From Octopus vulgaris (Eukaryota), in NCBI GenBank assembly GCA_951406725.2, contig OX597824.1, positions 62,744,001-62,808,000 on the forward strand: a stretch of DNA of 64,000 bases, written 5' to 3'. Positions 52,721 to 64,000 of the stretch are shown piece after piece. The position numbers and the translations under genes are program-made. The stretch's first letter is position 1. The number at the start of each line of letters is the position of its first letter. Under the pieces are notes generated by a model. That model was given only the letters and a program-made list of their open reading frames with translations, made no database searches and had not been told where the DNA came from.

Positions 52721-54144
52721 TCCAAGACAGCGTGTGAAAACATTTTACGTGCAATAAGAAGTTTATGTAAAGAGGGTGTTAAATCTTACGGTGTAATTTA
52801 AATCACTTTTCAGGAATTTCGTGTTAAATAGCAAACCACGTGTACGTTTGAATATGCAAGATTGGATGTTTTACGGGTATGGTTGAGTAAATTTTATGAA
52901 ACATTCATGTGAGATTCTGCGCCAAGATGTGTGGTCTTTTAGGATATCAAAGTTTGGGGGAGTTAATGATAAATATAAAGCGGTTTCTGTGTGAAAGAAT
53001 AAGCTAGATTTGAGAAGTACTTCGTGAAGGCTGTTGGGTTTTATAGATTAAAATAGAAGTTTACTGAATGATTAATATATACGTGTGTATATTTGTGTTG
53101 GTGCTTTTCATATAGCCTGATACACAGTAATACACATGCATACATCATACGCAAAGAAATATATATAATAATTATGTACAAGTGTACATACACAAATACA
53201 TATGTTTATGTATAATATGCATATGTATATATATGTGTACATATTTGTGCGTGCAAGTGTGTGTATGTGTGCATGCGCGCGTGTGTGTGTGTATGTACGG
53301 AGAAATATGAGAGATACAGTTTATTGCTTTTTAATCGAAATACATAATTTGTCTGTTTAATGATATATCTATTAATAGATTGTCCTGTATTTTTCCAGAT
53401 TTATAATCTTAAGAATATTATTTCTCTTGCTCGCATTTTTCCATGTAACCCCTGTTTTTTCCAAGCTATGCTATTATGCTAATTAATAATGTGTCAAATA
53501 TGTCAATTAGCGGTGTCTTTGATAATTTTTTCCTTATGTTAATGATGCTGGTAACATATTAAAAGTCCGTATAACAATATTCATAAAAAAGTATAGAAGT
53601 GTATTATCGCTCTCAAATTTCAGAAACAAACACTCATAATTCTTTTCATTTAAAACTTCATTGCATAATATTGATACCATGAAGTTCCCCCAGTTGAGCT
53701 CTATCATTTAAGCTTAATTAAAATATAGTTTATTGTCAAAATAAAAAAAAAGTTAATTATACTTAAATACAATTTATCGCCTTACTTATAATATTTTCAT
53801 CATATTTTACCTCACAACTTTTTTGATACAAACCTTTTTTGCATGGGACCAAAGTTATGAAATTCTTCATGCTTTCCGCTATCGTTGATGCTAAGAAAAA
53901 TATATTTTGATTTTAAAATTTAAAAAATAGTTATTTATATCTAAACTTGATTGTGGCGTTACTTACTCTTCACTACAAATTTTGATGTCAACTTTTTTCT
54001 GCTATCCAATTCTCAAATTGCCAAAATGTTACTACGGACCAGTCCACTTCAAAAATGCTAACAGTTTTGAATTTGGTTAAGAATTGCATTATGGACAAAC
54101 TCTGAAATATGCTGTGTGTAAGTAAATTGCGGCCTTAAGAAAAT

Positions 54145-54310
54145 TTTTTCTACTCTAGTCACAAGGCCAGAAAATTTGGAGAATGGGGCCAGTCGATTAG
54201 ATTGACCACAGTACGCAACTGTTACTTAATTTATCGACCCCGAAAGGATGACAGGCAAAGTCGATCGCGGCGGAATTTGAACATCGCAGGTAAAGACAGA
54301 CGAAATACTC
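54145..54310 (-). mobile_element. SINE family A copy
   Basis: CACAAGGCCAG...ACTTAATTTATCGACCCCGAAAGGATGACAGGCAAAGTCGA..GCGGAATTTGAA. Confidence 0.8.
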
Positions 54311-54385
54311 CATCTTGGCCTTCAGAATATTATTCCACTACTACCGTAGTTGAATGATAGCTAAGTTTTAATTTAATTTTGAGTT

Positions 54386-54508
<123 letters not shown>

Positions 54509-55089
54509 TATGTGTGTATATGTGTGTGTGAGTGTGTGTGTGTGTATTTATATATGCATGTACATACATTAGTATACCAATATTTTTAAGATTTGAAGAA
54601 ATTCTTATTTTTTTGACATGGAAAATAGATTATAAAAATGAAAACGGGAAACCAAATATAAGTGTGATTATATTCATATTAGAACGTTTACAGAAACAAA
54701 AGTAAACAACACTGAAACGCATAGAGAATATCTAATTAATTAAAGCAGAAGGCTTGCAACAGTTTCACGTGCTTTGCATTTAGATTCTGGAATTGTTAAT
54801 GAAAATTGCAATCTAAAAGATTGAATCTCCATCTCGTTATAGTGTAAAATTAGGGGAAATAATTAACTAAAGTGTATGTACAAAAATAAGTAATTAATAT
54901 GAATGTCGCTTTTCTCTTTCCTTCTTCTCTTCTCTCTCTCTCTCTCCCCACTCTGTTTTTTTATTGTTTTCTTCTTCCTCTGCGAATGAGCATACACACA
55001 TAAATACACATGCACGCATTCTTCCTTCCACACCTTACTACACCCGTATATTTATGTGTAGATATGTATGTATAATATACGCATACATA

Positions 55090-55120
55090 TATATATATAT
55101 ATATAAATATACATATATAT

Positions 55121-55192
<72 letters not shown>

Positions 55193-55232
55193 TATATAGA
55201 TAGATAGATAGATTAGATAGATAGATAGATAT

Positions 55233-55263
<31 letters not shown>

Positions 55264-55275
55264 CATACATACATA
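55090..55275. repeat. (TA)n-(TAGA)n compound microsatellite
   Basis: Direct reading. Confidence 0.9.
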
Positions 55276-55950
55276 CAGACTCGCATGCGTACTTTGGTAT
55301 ATGTGATTTAGCATGCGTGCTTGCGGACGAAGGGAAGTTCGTAACTTCGTGTATTCATGCTCATGTTTACTTAATCATATACGAATTATAGTGGATACTG
55401 TTTTGATTGCCAAGAGGAGCATTCAGCTGTTCAATTTACCCAACTACTTAGTTTTCAATAATAAGCATGTTGTTGTTGAACGAGCATTCAAACATAGGTT
55501 TGAGCTAACGTAATTCTCAAACGAGATCAAAATGACATATGTAACTAGAGAACCTTCTAACAAGAAGTTATAGCTTCAACTCGTGCGGCGAGCATTTTAT
55601 TGACTTCCATCTATACAATTTCAGTGACAAGGCTTCGGTTTAGATGACAGTAAATCAAAAGCCACTTGCTTAAAGTATCGCACACTACGACTTGTCGGGA
55701 ACACTTTTAATTGTAACGTTATACTTTTGAACGATTAGCCATGATTTGCGCACATTAAATGCTGTACATACACACTTGCCCGCGCACATATGCGTGTGTA
55801 TACAAATAGGCAACTGCGTTCACACATATATGTACTCACATACACACAAAAGCAGACAGACAAGCACAGACTCATATCTACAGTTATATTGAATTATACA
55901 TACATACGTATATTCCTTTATACATATACACATATATATTTTTATATTCA

Positions 55951-56004
<54 letters not shown>

Positions 56005-56018
56005 CGTGTATATACATA

Positions 56019-56054
<36 letters not shown>

Positions 56055-56680
56055 CCATATATGCATACACACATAAAAATTGTTTTGAAGTCACAAACAA
56101 CTGGGAGTATTTATAGAATTAGCTCTTTGTGTGTATGAATATATTCGCAGCTATATGTACGTAAGCATCTCAGAAGATGTGATGCATATTTTGATGAATT
56201 ACCATTGCTTGATTCTAATTCTATTTGTTATAGAATCGATCAAATCCGCCTAGACAATAATCTTTATTCATTACAATCTATAGTTAAAGAATATGGGGCT
56301 GTATAAAACGTTTTATGTAAGAGACATAGAAAGACTATCAAATGTTTAATCGCTCCATGAAAGTCAGTGGGATGTCATGTAATGTTCATTGGAGTCGTAA
56401 GTTTCATTTTGTTAGGTGGTGATTCGAAATTGCGACTCGATCCACCTAGCGATTCTTGCTTCTGGTTTTAATAAAACAAATAGCAAATCTTAATGGAGAT
56501 CTATAATATTGACTGTTTAACTTCTCACGGAAAAAAAAATGCAGCCAAAGATTTATTTCATAGAATTGGCAAGATACTGAAATAATTAATATTTTGTAAT
56601 ATTCTTTTACCATTTGATTGTAAATTCCGTGGAATTTGAACGAGAATAATATAAAAATATTGTAGCGTACATTTCTTTAG

Positions 56681-57087
56681 AAACAACTGGGATTCTATAT
56701 GCCCGTGGAATAAGAGTTGAAGCAGCTTTACATGGTTCATGGCAGGAGGCCTTGACGGAATCAATGTACAAGGAAGCAAGTAAATGGTCTTTGAGATAGG
56801 TTATGAGCTGTGACACCATACAGAGTTGGTGATTCGTATGGCCACAGGGTGGTTTGGTTTACTGCACAATACAAGTATCACAGCCAGATATATTGGCATT
56901 ATTTTGATACCTGTCTTAATGTTAAATCTGCAGTTAAGAACAAGTGAAGGCATCCTATAAAAATGCTGTTTTGAGGACCCTGCATAATGATCTGGTTTGA
57001 TGGCTCCGGACAATCAGAATTCTATCCTGAGTTATATGCACACGAATATCATTCAGACGTAATCCTCAGAACGTTTCCAACACAGAG
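56681..57087 (+). pseudogene. Decayed exon-like coding segment, possibly ADP-ribosyltransferase-fold
   Basis: Bounded by TTTCTTTAG| and AG|GTAAAT; stitched frames give VEAALHGSWQEA(L)DGI...GDSYGHRVVWFT...ELYAHEYHSDVIL; contains stops and frameshifts. Confidence 0.35.
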
Positions 57088-57746
57088 GTAAATAGCACTT
57101 CAAGTATTGTGCATAGAAGTGAGGATGTAAAATAAACCATAACGAATAACCACAACCTGAGCTTAAAATGAGACAACAGATTTCATGCTCATAGCTGCAA
57201 CATTTTGTTTTTAATAAATCAATATAAACGACAGCCATAGGAATAACTATAATGGAAATACAAAGGACTTGAATCGCCTCATACACAAATATTTTCACTT
57301 CAAAATCGATGCGTTAGGGTCCTTATAGGTGTAATTCACCAGCAGTGTACGTATGAGAAAATCCGTCAGCTGAACCATTCCAAACGACTTGCAGTGGTGA
57401 AGAAGAAATGGTGACTGGAGAATGTCATGTAGGTACCAGGGACAATAACGATATAAAGAAAGGACAGAAGAAAAAAGTTTGATTTTACACTAATGGCAAA
57501 AATGATGGAGCTAGTCGTTTAATCATTTCTTTGTTTACAGATTGGAGTGTGTGAGATTTCTAGTACGCTCTAGTTATCAAGAAAAGCTTAACAATACTGC
57601 TGTATATCTGATACAGAACAGGAAATAGGGGTCTATATAATTTTAAGGTCACATGTGTTCCTATGTTTTCTAACAGTCCTTTTCCTATACTGATTCGCTT
57701 GTTTTCATGATCTAATAATAATTGGTAAAAATTTATATACGTTCAT

Positions 57747-57955
57747 AAGGCGGCGACTTGGCAGAATTGATATCATGCAGGGTAGAATGCTTAGCAGCAT
57801 TTCGTCTGTCTTTTCGATCAGAGTTCTAATTCTGTCGCGGTCGACTTTGCCTTTCATCCTTTCGGGGTCGATAAAATAACTACTAGTTATATAGAAGGGT
57901 CGATTTAATTGACTAGCAAGGTCGTTTCCACAGAAACTCAGGCCTTGTGCCTATT
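57747..57955 (+). mobile_element. SINE family A copy
   Basis: AAGGCGGCGACTTGGCAGAATT...GTCGACTTTGCCTTTCATCCTTTCGGGGTCGATAAA...CAGGCCTTGTGCCTA. Confidence 0.85.
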
Positions 57956-57957
57956 CA

Positions 57958-59495
57958 TTTACTTGTTTCAGTCATTTGACACCGGTCATGGGGGAACACC
58001 GCCTTAAAATGTATTAATCGAAGAAATCTACTGCAGGACTTATTCTTTATAAGATTAGTACCTATTCTAGCCTCTCTTTTACCTAACCGCTAAGTTACGG
58101 GTACATAAACACACCAGTATCGGTTGTCAAGCGATGGTGGTAGGACAAGGACAGGCACACATACATATATTCAGGGGCTGGACAAATTAACTGGAACACG
58201 TGTTAAATTCAATGAATATTTATTTAATATGGAGTTCGTCCTCCCTTAGACTTCTGAACGGCTTCGATGCGTCTAGGAATTGATTCATGCAGCTTCCTGA
58301 CTTTATTGAGAGGAAATTGTGAGCCATTCTTCCTGCGAAACCTGCTTCAGCTATTGCAAGCACGGCGGTAGAGGGTAACGACATCTAACTTGCCACTTCA
58401 AGATGCACCAAAGATGCTCAATAATATTAAGGTCTGGAGATTGAGGGAGTCACATGAGAGGTGTGTATTGGAGCATTATTATCTTGGAAGCTGCACTCAC
58501 CATCAAGGAATAATGTCTGGACCATGGGAAGAACTTGATTTTCCAAAATATTCAGATAATCTCTGCTGCTGATCCTACCATGCAGGGAAACGACTGGATT
58601 AAGAGAACTCCAATAAATGGCTGCCGAATCCATCGCAGACCCTCCACCGTGCTTCACTGTAGGAAGGAGACAGTCAGGAGTAAAAGCTTCCCAGGCTGCC
58701 TCCACACATAAATTCGTCCTGCACTTGGGAAAAGAGAATAACGACGCGTCGGAGAATATTATTTGCTTCCATCGACCAGTCCTCGTGATCTCTGCACCAG
58801 TTCAGCCATCTGGTTTCACAGTGAACAGTTTTGGTCGAAACTGGGCCAGCAACATGTTGATTCAACCATGTAGGCATTTTAGAGGCAGTTGTCTGGTAGT
58901 TTTTCATCACAATGCGATTCAACATTCGTCGGTTTCTTTCAGTGAGCTAATAAGTCCCGCCGGACTTATTCCTAATGCTGGAGCATATAACTTGCTTCTC
59001 AAACTCACTCATGGTCCTTGATGCGGTAGCTCTCGGAATACCAAGTTCAGCTGTTCTGGTGACGGAAGCTCCAGCCATCCGAGGTCCAACCATTTGCGCT
59101 TTTCGAACTCAGTGAGGTCACGCATGTCAGCTTAATTTATACTACGATCTGAAAAAGAGATAGAAATAATCATTAAATTATATAAATGAAACCACTAACA
59201 ATACAAACAAAACACAATGAAATTTGGAGGATATTCGTAATATAATGGCTCATTGAAATATTGGAGTTAAATTTCTACTGTTCCAATTATTTTGTCCAAC
59301 ACCTCTGTGTGTATATAAATGTAAATATAAATAAATATAAATATATATATATACAACAGGCTTCTTTCAGTTTCCATCTAACAAGTCCACTCACAAGGAT
59401 TTGGTCGGCCCGAGTTACTTGTCCAAGGTCCCACGCAGTGGGACTGAACCTAGAACTACGTGTTTGGAAAGTAAAATTCTTACCACATACCACGA
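57958..59495 (-). mobile_element. SINE family B split by a Tc1 insertion (tail 57958-58170, head 59355-59495)
   Basis: Both halves match the parts of the 31510 and 60725 copies in the correct order and orientation. Confidence 0.75.
58172..59308 (-). mobile_element. Tc1-family DNA transposon, decayed, related to 16468-17734
   Basis: TIRs CAGGGGCTGGACAAATTAACTGGAACAC / CTGTTCCAATTATTTTGTCCAACACCTCTG; MRDLTEF...PTVKHGGGS...FQDNNAPIHT...PQSPDLNIIEHLW. Confidence 0.9.
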
Positions 59496-59559
59496 AATTT
59501 ATATATCATCATTGCCTCAGTTATCCATGAATTCTTTAAAACAATGTCATACAAATAAT

Positions 59560-60700
59560 TTCTTGTAATGTTCATGTTAAATATAAACATTCTCTCCTTA
59601 ATTCGTATGTGTCTTCTACGACTTAAATTTCATGCAAGGGGCCGTTTATCATAATTGAGCCTCTCTTATATTTTCTTGCCGGCTGGTGTTCGATTTCTTT
59701 TACCTATCATGGCATCCAGTATATGTTCCACTGTGAAATCACCCTATTCTTATCGTGGCATATGATATAATTTTCATTTGTTCGCTACATTAATTAATTT
59801 TCATATTCCTGAAATATGTTTGAAAATGTCCTTTTGTAGTTCTATTAATAGTTTTTATTATTTTCTATAATCTTAATGTTTTTCTCTTGAAATAATTTTG
59901 TTTTGTTTGAATAGATTTTTTTGTATTCTTCACAAATAATATTTCACCTTTTAAGCTAATACATTCTTTTGTCAATATCGTAATTGTTATTTTAAGAACA
60001 CGTTTGTTCTGAATTTTACAATTTCTATGTAACATTGTTTGAGGATGACATTGCTGTGTTTCAGTTTAGGTGTCACTTACACTATTTGAATTATTTAACT
60101 TCGAGGTATTTTTCCCAAACGTAATCCCTTTTAATGTTTCTAGTTTCAGCCATGATTTCAGCAGCAAACAGCTCTGCTTACCCTATACGCAGCGGGTGTA
60201 TGTTTCGCTTTTAAAGTTCCCATTTCTATTACTTATATTTACTTCTTAAGAAAATTTAATGCAAGCTTTTCCAGCAGGGAAGAACTTCAATATATACATT
60301 GTATGATATTTTCCCAGTTTATTGTCCTTTAATATTTACTGATATCATATCTTGAAACTTTCACGTTACTTCCGATCTTGTTTTATGACGTGTATTTCTT
60401 GGAAAATGTTGCCAATGCTCCTCGGTGACTTGATTCCTTTATATGAAATTAGAATTTTCGTTTGGCAGTGAACATAGCTTTCAAATTCTCTAGGTATTTT
60501 TTTGGAAGCTTTGTCATCTAACCTGTACATCTTAAGTTTCTAGATCCTTAAAGAGTGTTGTCTATGCAAATGATATAACTTTTATATATTTTTGGATATA
60601 ACTTCTCGGATATTCAAGAATGATATCACATGATTCCTTCTTAAACGACAGCAATAGAATATTCACAATTCTACTATCATTTCTACAATGTTCGAAGTGT
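59560..60700 (-). mobile_element. Heavily decayed RTE-like LINE RT fragment
   Basis: Weak remnants (GIKV..., EHILDAMIGKRNR...); many stops. Confidence 0.35.
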
Positions 60701-60724
60701 TTTTAATTATTTCATTTCTATTTG

Positions 60725-61130
60725 CTTTCAATTCAATGCACTGCAACCATGCTTGAAAGAATTAGCCGAACAAGTTAACCGTGGTACAAATCTTAGAACC
60801 GATACGTAACCTGTCGTATGTTTTTGTCGAACTTCTGTGTAAGCGGATGCTAACAGACGAAACCGATTGTTAAACTGTAGGGGGAAAAAAGAGCAATTAC
60901 ACACACTAGCGCACACACACACAAACATACGCATGCACATATACACGCAGGTACACACAACACACGCACGCACACAAGTGTGTGTGTGTGTGTGTGTGAT
61001 GAGAATCTACACGCAGTTTCAGTGAGTCGGTAGGCTCCATCCTGTTGCTGAATCAAGAATGCCATGCTGTGGGACTGATCACGAAACCACTTTTCCGAAG
61101 TGAAATTCTTAACCATACAACCATACTTGC
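60725..61130 (-). mobile_element. SINE family B, full-length diverged copy
   Basis: Tail (CTGCAACCATGC), internal CA/TG tract, head GCCATGCTGTGGGACTGA.C.CGAAACCAC...TTCTTAACCATAC. Confidence 0.65.
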
Positions 61131-61811
61131 GTCTTCATCAACATATTTCCGATGTTAAATAGATATTGTTTTTTTTTTCTGTCTATGGCCGGAAGAATTT
61201 TATTATTCCTGGTGTATGTAGTGTAAGTAATCTAAGAAAATGCAACACAAGTAATACCGAAATTGTACGGTAGAGAAAACAATATCATGGACAATTTTGA
61301 AAAAAATTGCTTCTTTTAATAGAAGGTGATGAAGTACATACAGTTTCTGTTATTTAGTCATTTTGTATTTTCTCAAAAGTGCGTGGAGTATTTGGAAAGA
61401 GCTACTGAAGTCGTATGGGGCATTATTGAAAAATGAAATGTTATTCAATTGACAAACTTCGTGACAACTATTTCCGAGTGAAACATCGCTGCATGTTCCT
61501 TTATATTCCCATTCGTTGTTGTTTTGTAATTCGCTTCTGAAAGTTAGGTTGCTTGTGTTTATTGGACAACTATGGCAAGCTACTGGAGACTGGAAAGAAA
61601 TGACAGACTATTCTCAAGGCAATGATAGAAACTGACAAGAATCAGATAGTTAGCATGAGAAAATAACGATCTGTAAAAGAGATACAAAAGACGCGTCTCC
61701 GCAGGACAAAAAGACGTTCACGGACAAGAGAATGCGATATAACATCATATGTATGTGTGCATATTTATATGTCGAAATATCGAATTAAAAAATTCATGTT
61801 GATCGTCATTA

Positions 61812-62090
61812 TCTTCTTCTTCTTCTTCTTCTTCTTCTTCTTCTTCTTCTTCTTCTTCTTCTTCTTCTTTTTCTTCTTCTTCTTTTTCTTCTTCTTCTTC
61901 TTCTTCTTCTTCTTCTTCTTCTTCTTCTTCTTCTTTTTCATCTTCTTCTTCTTCCTCTTCTTCTTTTTCTTCTTCTTCTTTTTCTTCTTCTTCTTCTTCT
62001 TCTTCTTTTTTTCATCTTCTTCTTCTTCCTCTTCTTCTTTTTCATCTTCTTCTTCTTCTCCTTTTCTTCTTCTTCTTCCTCTTCTTCTTC
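61812..62090. repeat. (CTT)n microsatellite
   Basis: Direct reading. Confidence 0.95.
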
Positions 62091-62094
62091 AAGG

Positions 62095-62400
62095 TATTCG
62101 ATCTTGATAGGACAATGGCTTCATCCAGTTTATCACAGGTGCAGCACAATGGTTGACACTCCAATTTGTGACCAAAGCTTGGCCCTGCGTTGCATGCATA
62201 GTGCTCTCGGTCTCTTTTTTAGGGTTCCTTTCATCAGCCAATCGCACTTATATTTTCCAGCAACTTCTGCTGTGGCTACATAGAATTCATTTTGTAGTTC
62301 CTCTTGCGTAATTCTTCTTGTCCTTTTTGTACTTCTTCCTTCGTTTTCCTTTCTTTCTGCTCTCAGTACTCCCTCGTTCCTAACTATCGATTATCAACTA
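62095..62400 (-). mobile_element. R4/Dong-like retrotransposon fragment (region upstream of the CCHC motif)
   Basis: WLMKGTLKKETESTMHATQGQALVTNW...CCTCDKLDE, matching the WL..G.L..ETE...AAQDQAL.T motif. Confidence 0.65.
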
Positions 62401-62404
62401 ACCA

Positions 62405-63130
62405 GTCTGTTTGGGAGAACTTTCGGTCCGGGGCTTATGGATAATTTCCAGAAATTCCTCGCTTGGCAGTGCTACCGAGAGGCGTTGCGTGTTCGAGATG
62501 AAAGTGCCGTCAGCCGGGCCTGCTCGAGGTGAGCACAGAGCGATGAAATCGCTCTGCCCACACTCGTCGAGTGCTGACCTGCGGGTTTATCTCGAACAGC
62601 TGATATCGCGTGTAGGACGGATCCGGTCATCAGCTGAATCCATACTGAAGAATGCCCCGCCGGCCTCCTTTAACCGGGAGGGGCAGGTAATTTTCATTTC
62701 TCTTCTGGCTGTAGCGAATGAAGAAGTATGGTGGACCCGTTTGAAAGGGCTAGAGTCAGGCACTTTCCTCTTTAGGGAAGGCCTCATCAACGTTTTCAAG
62801 TTCCACTTGAAAAGGAGAGTGAGTGTGGAAAGGGAAGTGTTGTCTTCTAGCAAATTTGTTGAATGGTGGGTGAATGTCGGACAAATGTTCAGTATGGATG
62901 GATCTATTCTGAGAATTCACCTGTAAAAACGTTTAAAAGGAGCTGAGGTGTTACCCTGTGCTTCAGGCACCCGTGGCTTTTATGGGCTTTTCATAAGGAG
63001 ATTTTTACTTGTTCTATCGTTATCAAACGTTTGTGCGGATGTTCTTTTTTTGCAAAGCTCTTTGCATATTGTCTTGTGTTGTCCATTAGTATCTTGATTT
63101 ATATGAGCCCTTGTGGCCAATAAAATGAAT
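62405..63130 (+). mobile_element. L1/Tx1-clade LINE, 5'-truncated 3' end
   Basis: SLAWQCYREALRVRD...ACSR.AQSDE (zf-RVT remnant), VWWTRLKGL...FKFHLKRRV.VEREVL...FVEWWVNV* at 62926; 3' UTR ends AGCCCTTGTGGCCAATAAA. Confidence 0.8.
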
Positions 63131-63238
63131 TAATTATTATTATAATCATTGCTATTATTATTATTATTATAATTATTATTTATAACACGGATAATAATTT
63201 TCTTTCCTCTTCTTCTTCCCATTATTATTATCATTATT

Positions 63239-64000
<762 letters not shown>

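Overview
AT-rich, microsatellite-dense eukaryotic genomic DNA. The SINE families, Penelope fragments and (TA)n/(CA)n/(AAT)n density look like octopus/cephalopod DNA; this is inferred from recognised repeat styles, not from a database hit. I find no intact host gene, and nearly all short ORFs in the track are microsatellite or antisense artefacts. Most of the window is transposable-element sequence: a young, 5'-truncated CR1-clade LINE (8.2-11.85 kb, minus strand); a decayed Chapaev3-type DNA transposon; two Tc1 elements; about six mariner remnants; several Penelope-like fragments carrying hammerhead-ribozyme motifs; R4/Dong- and NeSL-like REL-endonuclease retroelements; L1/Tx1 fragments; two tRNA-type SINE families; and a ~2.7 kb fold-back element. 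Most notable: (i) two apparent SINE-LINE 3'-tail partnerships visible within the window, (ii) at least one structurally complete hammerhead ribozyme, (iii) (AAT)n-embedded retro-insertions, (iv) the fold-back element, and (v) a decayed exon-like segment with ADP-ribosyltransferase-like motifs. All translations and alignments were done by eye, so boundaries of decayed elements are approximate.
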